In this document: in pieces, positions 38,418 through 47,456 of the stretch
How the letters are laid out: every line of letters begins with the position of its first letter
Numbering within the stretch: position 1 is the stretch's first letter
NCBI GenBank assembly: GCA_045863235.1
Contig: BTUM01000003.1
Span: forward strand, 64,001 to 128,000
Length of the DNA stretch: 64,000 bases
Direction: 5' to 3'
Source: Candidatus Xenobia bacterium
GTDB lineage: Bacteria > Vulcanimicrobiota > Xenobia > Xenobiales > QWHO01
Made by a program: the position numbers and the translations under genes
Notes under the pieces: generated by a model
The model's database searches: none
What the model was told of the DNA's origin: nothing
What the model saw: only the letters and a program-made list of their open reading frames with translations

Positions 38418-39080
38418 ATGAGTGACCTGAACCTGGTTCGAGACGGTCTGGGGGCAGCCAATGCAGGAAAGTACGCCTACCAGGCCAGCCGAGCCGCGCA
38501 GGGATTGAGCACCACCACTCCCCTGACCGCTGGCCTGGATCTGGCGGCGGGCACATCCGGTCTGGGCGGAGCCACAGCGGCCACCGAAGCAGCTGGTGGC
38601 CTGTCCACGACCGCCAAGGGCGTCACCGGCGCCGCTCGCCTGAGCAACGCTGCCCGCATCGCCAGCTTTGCCTCTGCTGCTGCCCCGGTGGTGGCCAAAG
38701 CCTCGGCCGGCGTGGGCCTGGCCCTGGGCGGGATCGAGGTCGGGCGGGGGATCAACGACCTGACCAACGGAAAAGGCGCCGAGGGGCGAGACAAGATCAT
38801 CTCCGGCGGCGCCGACATGGTCACCGCCGGAGCGCTGGGAGTGGCCGCCGTTTCGAGCGGCACCGTGGTCGGTCTGCCCGTTGCGGCGGTCGCCCTGGGC
38901 GTGGCCGGGGTGGCCCAGGCCGGCAAGTACGCCTGGAAGTATCGCGAGAACATCGCCGACGGCGCACGCTGGACGGCCGACAAGGTGGGTGACGCCGGCG
39001 GCTGGGTCGCCGACCGCGCCAAGGACCTGGGCGGGGCCATCTCGGGCGGCGCCAGCGCCCTGAAGAACGCAATCTTCTAG
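38418..39080 (+). CDS. Ala/Gly-rich hydrophobic (glycine-zipper) protein
   Basis: GAGGAG SD; long small-residue hydrophobic helices and an amphipathic tail. Confidence 0.75.
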   Translation: MSDLNLVRDGLGAANAGKYAYQASRAAQGLSTTTPLTAGLDLAAGTSGLGGATAATEAAGGLSTTAKGVTGAARLSNAARIASFASAAAPVVAKASAGVGLALGGIEVGRGINDLTNGKGAEGRDKIISGGADMVTAGALGVAAVSSGTVVGLPVAAVALGVAGVAQAGKYAWKYRENIADGARWTADKVGDAGGWVADRAKDLGGAISGGASALKNAIF

Positions 39081-39082
39081 CC

Positions 39083-39841
39083 GTGTCCTGGACCTGCCCC
39101 CACTGCTCGGCGGTCAATTCCGCGGGCGACCGTCACTGCATCGAATGCAACGCCCGCCTGCCCTTCGAGGTTCCCTCCGAGCTTCAAGAGCCCCAGGCGG
39201 AGGAGCCCTTTCTGGTGCCCCGTCGCGGCGAGCTGACCGCCGCCCTGCGCCAGGGACTTGCCGACTTCCGCGCCGGCCAGCTGCCCACTCCCGAGCTCAT
39301 CGGTCGACTGCGCCGCGCCCTCACCAACGTGCCCGCAGTCTTCGCCGCCATGGCCGGCAAGCTGGGCGAGTTGCAGGGAGAGGCGTACGCCCAGGAGGTG
39401 CTTGTTTCCCTGGGAGACAGCCAGGCTCTGTTCGAAGCCGGTCTGGCCGAGATGCTGCAGGGAGTAGAGAGCAACGACGACGGCCCTCTGCGCTTTGGCT
39501 GGCTGCTGGTGGAGAAGGGCGAGGACGAGTACATCCGCATCCTCGAGACACTGCGGCGGGACGCCGGCGGCGGTCCCTTCACCGGACAGCCGGACGCGCT
39601 GGCCCGGCTTCTGGATGCCCGCGAGCGAGGCGAGCTGGACGCAGAGGGCCTGCGCCTGGCGCTGGATCAGCTCGAGCAGCACCTGGCTCAGGTGGTCGAG
39701 GAGTCCCTGGGCGAGATCCGCCAGGGCCTGCAGCAGGCTCGCTCCTTTGACGGAGCCGACCTTCGTTCCGTGGAGCAGGCTCGCCAAAGCCTGCGCCAGG
39801 CCGCCCAGGGGTTGGCCCAGGCCTTATTGAGCGTGGGTTGA
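39083..39841 (+). CDS. RanBP2-type zinc-finger plus helical protein
   Basis: WTCPHCSAVN...CIECN at the N-terminus. Confidence 0.75.
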   Translation: MSWTCPHCSAVNSAGDRHCIECNARLPFEVPSELQEPQAEEPFLVPRRGELTAALRQGLADFRAGQLPTPELIGRLRRALTNVPAVFAAMAGKLGELQGEAYAQEVLVSLGDSQALFEAGLAEMLQGVESNDDGPLRFGWLLVEKGEDEYIRILETLRRDAGGGPFTGQPDALARLLDARERGELDAEGLRLALDQLEQHLAQVVEESLGEIRQGLQQARSFDGADLRSVEQARQSLRQAAQGLAQALLSVG

Positions 39842-39842
39842 T

Positions 39843-40199
39843 CATTCGTCCCCCGCGGGGACGTCCGTTCGGTCTGACCAGGATGGGCCTCTCTGCAAGC
39901 TCGGACTTCAGTTCGGTCCGACCAGAGGACAGCGGGACGAACACGAGTTCGTCCCCCGCGGGGACAAACGTCAGTTCGGTCTGGCAAGGATGGGCCTCTT
40001 TGCAAGCTCGGGCGCCGGTTCGGTCCGACCAGAGGACAGCGGGACGAACACGCATTCGTCCCCCGCGGGGACAAACGTCCGTTCGGTCTGACCAGGATGG
40101 GCATCTCTGCAAGCTCGGGCGCCAGTTCGGTCCGACCAGAGGACAGCGGGACGAACACGCATTCGTCCCCCGCGGGGACAAACGTCAGTTCGGTCTGAC
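39843..40199. repeat. tandem array of a 107-bp palindrome-containing unit (about 3.3 copies)
   Basis: TTCGTCCCCCGCGGGGAC recurs at 39845, 39948, 40055 and 40162 with near-identical intervening DNA. Confidence 0.95.
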
Positions 40200-40256
40200 G
40201 ATGGCCCCTCCGGTCCACCCAACCTTGGGCCAGAGCGGAGCGAGACGGCGCGAGGC

Positions 40257-40622
40257 TCAGCCCCTGGGCAACAGCGCTCCGGCGCGTCGCTCGAGCGAAG
40301 CACCCCGGGCCTTGAATAGCTCGAGCTGGAGGCGCTCGATCTGCTGCAGCAACCGGGTCTGCTCGCCCTGGCGCAGTGCCTCCTGCTCGGAGGCGACCCG
40401 CAGCGAGCGGCGTAGCTCCTCCTCGCGAGCGGCAGCGGCCTGCAGGTCGCTGGTGGCCCGGGCCAGGCTCTGGCGCAGGGCGCAGTTGTCCTGCTCGGCC
40501 GACAGGCGCAGGAACTCGCTCTCACGCAAGCTCTTCCCCAGGTCGTCGCACTCGGCCCGAGCTTTGAGGTAGGCAGCTTTCAGGCGCGCAAAACGACTGC
40601 GGATCTCTTCGCGAACGGACAT
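40257..40622 (-). CDS. coiled-coil protein
   Basis: MSVREEIRSRF... with a heptad pattern. Confidence 0.65.
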   Translation of the reverse strand: MSVREEIRSRFARLKAAYLKARAECDDLGKSLRESEFLRLSAEQDNCALRQSLARATSDLQAAAAREEELRRSLRVASEQEALRQGEQTRLLQQIERLQLELFKARGASLERRAGALLPRG

Positions 40623-40635
40623 GACGAACCGAGAG

Positions 40636-40980
40636 CTAGCTCTCGCGCAGGATGAGCCGCACCATGCCCACCCCGGTGCCCAGGATGGCGCCCCCGATTC
40701 CACCGTAAATCCCGGCCGGCAGGCTGGCCAGCAGGCCGGCTCCCACCGCGCCGCCCAGCGAAAGGCCGGCAGCTCCGGCCACCAGGCCGGCGCCGATGCC
40801 TACCGCCGCGCCCAGCCCGATGCCGCCGATGGCAGCGCCGCACGCGGTGTGCTTGAAGATGAAGCGCAGATCGTCCTGACCGCTCTCAAAGGAATCGCCC
40901 GAGGACTGCGAACGCGGGGCCGGCGATTGGGCCGATGCGGGCCGGAAGTTACTCTGGTAGGACAGGCTCTGAATCTGCAT
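40636..40980 (-). CDS. small glycine-zipper membrane protein with Ser/Pro-rich N-terminus
   Basis: AAGGAG SD; MQIQSLSYQSNFRPAS...GDSF followed by GxxxG repeats. Confidence 0.75.
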   Translation of the reverse strand: MQIQSLSYQSNFRPASAQSPAPRSQSSGDSFESGQDDLRFIFKHTACGAAIGGIGLGAAVGIGAGLVAGAAGLSLGGAVGAGLLASLPAGIYGGIGGAILGTGVGMVRLILRES

Positions 40981-41155
40981 GGTAGGTCTCCTTGTCGACG
41001 GCGCAACGCGCTCTCTCTGGGCGGCAGTCTACGCGACCTCCCAGCGATCGTTGTTTCCAACCAAGAACTGACTGTTTCCGAGATGTTGCCAGAGCGATCG
41101 TGGACTTGCTCGGGTGAGACAGGACTCGCCCGTCGACCGCCAGAACGCCCCCTCG

Positions 41156-41374
41156 ATGTGCCTGGCCATCCCGGGGAAGATCCTGTCTCTGGCCGACCAG
41201 CTGGCCACCGTGGACGTGTCGGGGGTGCGGCGCGAGGTGAACGTGGCCCTCCTGCCGGACCTGAAGGTGGGCGATTGGGTGCTGATCCACGTAGGCTTCG
41301 CTCTCTCGCGCCTCAATGAGGAGGAAGCCCGGCAGACCTTGACCTACCTCGAGCAACTGGGCGAGCTGGAATGA
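41156..41374 (+). CDS. hypC: hydrogenase maturation chaperone HypC
   Basis: MCLAIPG...VGDWVLIHVGFA. Confidence 0.95.
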   Translation: MCLAIPGKILSLADQLATVDVSGVRREVNVALLPDLKVGDWVLIHVGFALSRLNEEEARQTLTYLEQLGELE

Positions 41375-42471
41375 ACTATCTCGACGAGTTCCGCGACCCC
41401 GCCCTGGCAGGCAGGCTGCTGTCGGAGATCAAGGCCCTGGCGGGCGATCGCCCCCTCAAGGTCATGGAGATCTGCGGCGGGCACACCCATGCCATCTACC
41501 GTCACGGCCTCGACCAGCTGTTGCCTCCCAACATCGAGCTCGTCCATGGTCCCGGCTGCCCGGTCTGCGTCATCCCGCTCGGTCGCATGGACGACGCCCT
41601 GGCCCTGGCCCGCCAGGAAGGCGTCATCTTCGCAAGCTACGGGGACATGCTGGCCGTGCCCGGGTCGCAGGGCAGCCTGACCGACGCCCGCGCAGCCGGG
41701 GCCGACGTTCGCTTCGTCTACTCCCCTCTCGACGCCCTCAAGCTGGCCCGCCAGCACCCGGAGCGCCAGGTGATCTTCCTGGCCGTGGGCTTTGAGACCA
41801 CCGCTCCGGCCACCGCCCTGACCCTGCTCCAGGCCGCCAGAGAAGAGGTCACCAACCTCAGCTTCTTCGTCAACCACGTGCTCATCATGCCGGCCATGCG
41901 AGCCCTGCTCGACTCTCCCAACCTGAGCCTCGACGGCTTCATCGGGCCCGGTCACGTCAGCACCGTGATCGGCCTGGAGCCCTACCGGGTCATTCCTGAG
42001 GAATACCGAAAGCCGATCGTGGTGGCCGGGTTCGAGCCGCTGGACATTCTGCAGGCCCTCCTGATGCTGCTGCGTCAGCTCGCGGACGGGCGCTGCGAGG
42101 TCGAGAATCAGTATGGCCGAGCCGTGACTGCGACGGGCAACCCCACGGCCCGCGCAGTTCTCTCGCAGACCATGGAGCCGCGCGAGGAATTCGAGTGGCG
42201 GGGGCTGGGCGTGATCCCCCGCAGCGCCCTGCGTCTGCGCGATGATTATGCGGCCTACGACGCCGAGCGAAGGTTCACCGTGCCGGGTCTGCGCCTGGAA
42301 GACCCCAAGGCCTGCCAGTGCGGCCAGGTCTTGCGGGGGGTGCTCAAACCCTGGCAGTGCAAAGTCTTCGGCACCGCCTGCACGCCCGAGACCCCAATCG
42401 GCACCTGCATGGTCAGCCCCGAGGGAGCCTGCGCTGCCTACTACAATTACGGCCGCCTCAGCCAGCGATGA
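41371..42471 (+). CDS. hypD: hydrogenase maturation protein HypD
   Basis: MEICGGHTH, GPGCPVC, GFETT, PGHVS and CMVSPEGAC motifs. Confidence 0.97.
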   Translation: MNYLDEFRDPALAGRLLSEIKALAGDRPLKVMEICGGHTHAIYRHGLDQLLPPNIELVHGPGCPVCVIPLGRMDDALALARQEGVIFASYGDMLAVPGSQGSLTDARAAGADVRFVYSPLDALKLARQHPERQVIFLAVGFETTAPATALTLLQAAREEVTNLSFFVNHVLIMPAMRALLDSPNLSLDGFIGPGHVSTVIGLEPYRVIPEEYRKPIVVAGFEPLDILQALLMLLRQLADGRCEVENQYGRAVTATGNPTARAVLSQTMEPREEFEWRGLGVIPRSALRLRDDYAAYDAERRFTVPGLRLEDPKACQCGQVLRGVLKPWQCKVFGTACTPETPIGTCMVSPEGACAAYYNYGRLSQR

Positions 42472-43520
42472 GCGAAGCCGAGGTCCGAGAGAAGATCGAG
42501 CGGGCCCGGCGGGCGCGACGCGGTAAGCTCTACCTCAACGAAGAGCGCATCACCCTCAATCATGGCGCAGGCGGCAAGGCTTCCAGCGTGCTCGTCGAAG
42601 GTCTCTTCGCGGAGGCGCTGGAGATGGAGGCTCTGGAGGATGCTGCCCGGCTCGGCGACGACCTGGTTTTGACCACCGACTCCTACGTGGTCGACCCCAT
42701 CTTCTTCCCCGGGGGTGATATCGGCTCGCTGGCAGTGCACGGAACCCTGAACGATCTCGCAACCAGCGGCGCCGAGCCCATCGCCCTCTCTCTAGGAGTC
42801 ATCCTGGAGGAAGGCTTTTCGATACAGGATCTACGCCGCATCGTCCAGTCGGCCGCCGCCGCCTGCCGCTCAGAGAACGTGCGGGTGGTGACCGGGGATA
42901 CCAAGGTGGTGCCCCGCGGCAAGTGCGACAGGATTTACCTCAATACCACAGGCTTGGGTCGCATCCGCCATTCCCACCGCCTCTCCCTGGCCAGCGCCCG
43001 CCCCGGGGACGCGGTCCTGGTGAGCGGTCCGATCGGCGATCACGGCATCACTATCCTGGTGGCTCGCGGCGATCTGCACCTCGACCTCGAGCTGGCCAGC
43101 GACTCGGCCCCGGTCACCCGCCTGGCCCGGGCACTGGTGGAAGGCCTGGAGGAGGTGCACTGCCTGAAGGATCCCACCCGCGGCGGCGTGGCCACCTCGC
43201 TCAACGAGATCGCCGCCGCTTCCGACGTGGCGATCGCCCTTCGGGAGAGCGCGCTCCCCATCCGGCCGCAAGTGGCCGGGGCCTGCGAGCTGCTCGGAAT
43301 CGATCCTCTCCACGTCGCCTGCGAAGGGCGCCTGCTGGCCGTCGTGCCGGGAGCCCTGGAAGAGAAAGCCCTGGCCGTCATGCGCTCTTTCGACCCGCAG
43401 GCCGCGGTGGTCGGAGAAGTCCAGGAGAAGCCGGCCGGGACCGTCTTCTTGCGCACCCGACTGGGCGCCACCCGCGTGCTCGACATGCTGGCGGGCTCGC
43501 CGCTTCCTCGAATCTGCTGA
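42468..43520 (+). CDS. hypE: hydrogenase maturation protein HypE
   Basis: HGAGG, FPGGDIG, TGDTKVV, DPTRGG and C-terminal PRIC. Confidence 0.97.
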   Translation: MSEAEVREKIERARRARRGKLYLNEERITLNHGAGGKASSVLVEGLFAEALEMEALEDAARLGDDLVLTTDSYVVDPIFFPGGDIGSLAVHGTLNDLATSGAEPIALSLGVILEEGFSIQDLRRIVQSAAAACRSENVRVVTGDTKVVPRGKCDRIYLNTTGLGRIRHSHRLSLASARPGDAVLVSGPIGDHGITILVARGDLHLDLELASDSAPVTRLARALVEGLEEVHCLKDPTRGGVATSLNEIAAASDVAIALRESALPIRPQVAGACELLGIDPLHVACEGRLLAVVPGALEEKALAVMRSFDPQAAVVGEVQEKPAGTVFLRTRLGATRVLDMLAGSPLPRIC

Positions 43521-43624
43521 GGAATTTGCCCAGGTTCGGACGCAGTCAAGGGGTTTCCGGCTTCGCTCCAAGCCTGAGAACGCGCGGGCAAGAAGCTGGA
43601 ACGCTTACCGGGCCCGCGTTCCAG

Positions 43625-44323
43625 TCAGGGCTGCTCCCCCGCCCCCACGATCAGCGCGCTGTCGAGCCCGGCGGCGGCATAGCCAGTGGCAAAGCAGGTC
43701 AGCAGGAAGGCCTGATAGGCCGCCTTCGGAAGCCCTGAGTCGGGGATCGACCCCGCCTGCTCCACCGCTTCGGTGCCGGTGGCCTTGGCCATGAACGAGG
43801 CCTGGCGCACGGCCCACACACCCATGTCGCGCAGCCCTGCGGCGGCGCCGGCCAGGATTTCCTTGAGGCGCTTCTCGAGCTCCTCGCGGTCGGGCAGGGC
43901 CTCGGTCTCGATGGCGCTGGGGGCCACGATGGGGGCGGCCTGCAGCGCCTCGTCCTTGTGCAGCACGAAGAGCAGCGTCCCGTCGATGGCGCCGGCCAGG
44001 AGGCCCATCTGCAGGGCCTGCAGGGCCGCCTCGCGACAGGTCTCGGACAGGGCCGGCACCCGGTCGACCTGATGCAGTTGCGAGCAGAAGTTGTCCTTCA
44101 CCACCGTGCTCATGTTTTCCAGCACCGGAGTCCAGCGCGCCGGGTCTTGCTGCAGCATCTCCGAGCCCTGGGTGATGAACTGGTCGGTGTCGCGATAAAG
44201 CTCCTCGGCGCCAGCGGCCGTGGCGGGCCGGGTGCGCATCAGCGAAACGGCCGAGGGGAAGGTGTCTGCAGTGACGATCATGGGACCTCCGGGCATATTC
44301 AAACGCGGAGCGTCGTGCTCCAC
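43625..44323 (-). CDS. hypothetical helical protein
   Basis: 232-aa ORF; TAAACT 7 nt upstream of the GTG. Confidence 0.65.
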   Translation of the reverse strand: MEHDAPRLNMPGGPMIVTADTFPSAVSLMRTRPATAAGAEELYRDTDQFITQGSEMLQQDPARWTPVLENMSTVVKDNFCSQLHQVDRVPALSETCREAALQALQMGLLAGAIDGTLLFVLHKDEALQAAPIVAPSAIETEALPDREELEKRLKEILAGAAAGLRDMGVWAVRQASFMAKATGTEAVEQAGSIPDSGLPKAAYQAFLLTCFATGYAAAGLDSALIVGAGEQP

Positions 44324-44370
44324 CGGAGGCAGTTTAGCCCACGATCCGAGGTCAGAACGTGAAAAAGTTG

Positions 44371-44871
44371 TTACCGCTTCTCAGGAGGGAAGACCACGAT
44401 CTGGACCGAGCGCGTGCCCCACTGGTAGCACTGGCTGGCCGACGGGAACCAGACGTCGATGAAGTTGCCCCGCACCGCGCCGCCTGTGTCCAGGGCGCGG
44501 CCCCAGCCATATCCGTGCACGTAAATCAGCGAGCCCATGGGGATCACGCGCGGATCGACCGCGATCGTGCCCAGCTCGACCCGAGTGCCGCGAGCCGTGA
44601 AGCCCTGCAGGCAGTAGGCGGTGGAGTGGACGGTCAGGCGTCGGCCGGTGCCCGGCTCGGGGGGAGGCGCCAGGCGATCGAATTTGCCCGTGGGACGGCG
44701 GTTGACGGTGTGTACCGGAAGGGCTTCCTTCACGCCCACCTCGGCGGTGGTGCGAAACCCTTGCTCGAGAAGCTGGGCGGCCCGGTCGGTCTCATCGAGA
44801 ACGGGCTCTTGCGCCACGGCGCCGGTGCTCACCAGCCCCGCCAGGGCCAGAGCCGCAAAAAGTCTCTTCAC
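44371..44871 (-). CDS. secreted 3D-domain protein
   Basis: Signal peptide; STAY, IAVDPRVIPMG, DTGGAVRG and IDVWF motifs. Confidence 0.9.
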   Translation of the reverse strand: MKRLFAALALAGLVSTGAVAQEPVLDETDRAAQLLEQGFRTTAEVGVKEALPVHTVNRRPTGKFDRLAPPPEPGTGRRLTVHSTAYCLQGFTARGTRVELGTIAVDPRVIPMGSLIYVHGYGWGRALDTGGAVRGNFIDVWFPSASQCYQWGTRSVQIVVFPPEKR

Positions 44872-46172
44872 TTCGCCTCCTCGAGGACCACCTTTTCCGC
44901 ATCCCCGTTGGTCTCGACCTCGGGCGGGGGAGGCGGGGGCGGAGACTCGTCCGCCTCCTGCTCTCGGTATGCCTCTTCCATCTTCTTGACGTAGAACGTG
45001 GCCAGCACCCGCAAGATCCCCACCGTGGGGATGGCCAGGAACATTCCCATGATCCCCGCCAGCTCAGCGCCCATTAACAGAGCGATAATGACCATCAAAG
45101 AGGGTAGACCGACCGACTGCCCCAATACGGCGGGCACCACCACATGACCTTCCAACTGGTGGACGCACCACATCGCAAACAGCACCACCAGGGCCCAGAC
45201 GAAGCCATGGTTGGCCAGGGAGATAAAGAAGGCGGGGATCATGCCCAGCGCCACCCCTGCATAGGGGATGAAATCGATGACTCCGGCGAAGACGCCGATC
45301 AGGATGGCGTATTCAACGCCCATCAGGCTCAAGACCAGGGCGATCGAGCTTCCGATCATCACGCATACGAAGATCTGGCCGCGAATGTAACGGCCAAGCA
45401 CGTGGTCGATCTGGTGCAGGACCTCGGCCGCCTCCTTCTTGTGATTGGGCGGTACGAAGCTCATGAAGCCGCGATAGTAGCGGTCGGCGTCCAGCAGCAG
45501 GTAGAAGGCGAATACCGGAACCAGGAAGACGGCGGTGAGGGCTCCGGCGGCGGTCTTGACGCCGGTCACCGCGCCCGAGAACGTTCCCTTCATCAGGCCG
45601 GGGGCCACCGTTTCGATCTGGTGGCGCACCCACTCCATCCGCACCGAGCTCACATCCAGGTGAGCCACATAGGGCTGCAAGATCGGAGGCGCTTTGGCCT
45701 GGATCCAGAGGAGCGAGTTGCTCAGCACCCTCTCGGCGTTGGCCATGGTGTGGCCGAAGTTGGTGGTGAGCGAGCTGAACTGGGCGTTGAGCACCGGGAT
45801 CAGATAGGCCAGCGCCAGCCCGATCAGGATGAACAGGAGAAAATAGACGATGGTGATGGCCAGCCAGCGCGGGAAGCCCCGGCGGGTGATGCGGTAGATG
45901 CGCCGCTGCTCCCCCATCCGGATGCGCCACTCGCGCCGGAAGGGCCCAAAACCGATCCGACCGGCGTAGGCCTCGGGGATGTAGAGATAGATCGGATGGC
46001 AGAAGAAGTTGACCGAGGGGGCCAGCACATAGGCCATCAGGATGGTCAGGGCCAGCATGCTGGCGGCCACGTGCACCCGAGCGATAAAGGCGGCAAATGC
46101 GGCCACCAGCGCCACCACGATGAGGAGCAGCCCCGCCAGGTACAGGTAGCGCCGAATACTGTCAGTGCTCAA
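44868..46172 (-). CDS. AI-2E family transporter
   Basis: YIRGQ, FIPYAG, QLEGHVVVP and GMFLAIP motifs. Confidence 0.9.
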   Translation of the reverse strand: MSTDSIRRYLYLAGLLLIVVALVAAFAAFIARVHVAASMLALTILMAYVLAPSVNFFCHPIYLYIPEAYAGRIGFGPFRREWRIRMGEQRRIYRITRRGFPRWLAITIVYFLLFILIGLALAYLIPVLNAQFSSLTTNFGHTMANAERVLSNSLLWIQAKAPPILQPYVAHLDVSSVRMEWVRHQIETVAPGLMKGTFSGAVTGVKTAAGALTAVFLVPVFAFYLLLDADRYYRGFMSFVPPNHKKEAAEVLHQIDHVLGRYIRGQIFVCVMIGSSIALVLSLMGVEYAILIGVFAGVIDFIPYAGVALGMIPAFFISLANHGFVWALVVLFAMWCVHQLEGHVVVPAVLGQSVGLPSLMVIIALLMGAELAGIMGMFLAIPTVGILRVLATFYVKKMEEAYREQEADESPPPPPPPEVETNGDAEKVVLEEAK

Positions 46173-46178
46173 CAGGCT

Positions 46179-47339
46179 TCAGGGCGACATTCCCTCCATC
46201 GGCTGGATCGAGTGGGCCTCCACGAAGCCAGCCGCATTGGACTGGCCGACAATCTGCACGTAAGAGCCTGCCTGGAGGGCCTGGGGCGGAATCGCCACCG
46301 TGGGAGGGATGAGCACGTTCTGAGCCGAGGGCATCCCCGCCGGCTGCACCACCAGCATGCGCCGGGCCGGGTCGAGCTGCAGGACGCGAGCGTTCCACTG
46401 CACGATCTTGGGCCCGGACATGTCGGAGGTGATCATGCCCGTGTCGTCTTTATCAGGATCATCGTCGTCGTTGTTCATCATGCCCGCCTGGGTGCTGACC
46501 ATGTCGCCCTGCGGGTCACCCATGCCCATCATGGTGGTGCTGTTCATGGTGCCGAAGCTGCCGGGCTGCTGTTGCTGCTGGGGATAGCCGCCAGGCTGCT
46601 GGTTGTAGTAAGGCTGTTGCTGGTTGTAGCCGCCCTGCGTGGGATAGCCGCCCGGCTGCTGGGAGGGATAGGGGGTGTTGGGGGCTGGATTCATCGCAGG
46701 GTTGGGGTTGCCGCCCTGCGGGCTCATCTGGTTGATGGCCTCGGCGGTGAAGGGGCTACCGCCCGGGCTGGGGCTGACCGGCCCGGCTCCAGGCGCCTGA
46801 TTGGTGGGGAAATTCTGGTAGGGGGTCTGATTCTGGGGCTGATTGACCCCGTGCGCGTCCGCCGGAAGCTGTCCCGGTGTGGGATTGACGGTGGAGCCGG
46901 GGAAGTTGCCCCCGTGGGCGAGCTGCCCCACCACGCTGGGGCCGGTCAGATTGGGAGTGCCCTGCGAGATGCCGCCCACTCCACCCGGCATGGCGAAGTC
47001 ACCCTGAGCCGTGTAGTAAGGCGCGCGAGCGCTAACCTGGACGTGATTTCGCGAGCTGTAGAGGTCCATCATCAGGTCGGCCTGGATGGGCTTCTCGTTC
47101 AAAGCACCCACCACTCGGACCGCGACCTGCATGCCGTCGCGGAAGGCCGAGGAGGCACTGGGACGACCGCACACCTCGTAACGGGCCTCCTTGACCAGGC
47201 GCACCCGCACCGGCTTGCCGTCCTCCCCTACCAGGGTGAAGTCGGCCTTGCCGGGAGTGAAGTCGACCAGCTTGCCCGAACGGGTAGGACCGGCCAGAGC
47301 CGGCAGAGCCAGGATCAGCAGCAGCACCAGCAAACGCAA
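46179..47339 (-). CDS. secreted protein with OB-like end domains and a Q/P/G/N-rich linker
   Basis: AAGGAG SD; signal peptide; QQPGGYP repeats. Confidence 0.7.
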   Translation of the reverse strand: MRLLVLLLILALPALAGPTRSGKLVDFTPGKADFTLVGEDGKPVRVRLVKEARYEVCGRPSASSAFRDGMQVAVRVVGALNEKPIQADLMMDLYSSRNHVQVSARAPYYTAQGDFAMPGGVGGISQGTPNLTGPSVVGQLAHGGNFPGSTVNPTPGQLPADAHGVNQPQNQTPYQNFPTNQAPGAGPVSPSPGGSPFTAEAINQMSPQGGNPNPAMNPAPNTPYPSQQPGGYPTQGGYNQQQPYYNQQPGGYPQQQQQPGSFGTMNSTTMMGMGDPQGDMVSTQAGMMNNDDDDPDKDDTGMITSDMSGPKIVQWNARVLQLDPARRMLVVQPAGMPSAQNVLIPPTVAIPPQALQAGSYVQIVGQSNAAGFVEAHSIQPMEGMSP

Positions 47340-47456
47340 AGGCTCAGCTCCTTAGGGAAGTTCCTGCTTCTATTGTAAAGGGTGGGTGCAAGCGCAATTT
47401 TGTTAACAGGTTGTCCCGAACTCCCCGCGGCCTGCTCAGACCGCGGGGACGGGGGG

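Noticed and set aside
39843..40199. CRISPR array
   Set aside because: The intervening sequences are near-identical rather than unique spacers, the period is 107 bp, and no cas genes or leader are visible.
39579..40572. Repetitive-peptide ORFs across the array
   Set aside because: They overlap real genes on both sides, lack an SD and are by-products of a GC-rich repeat.
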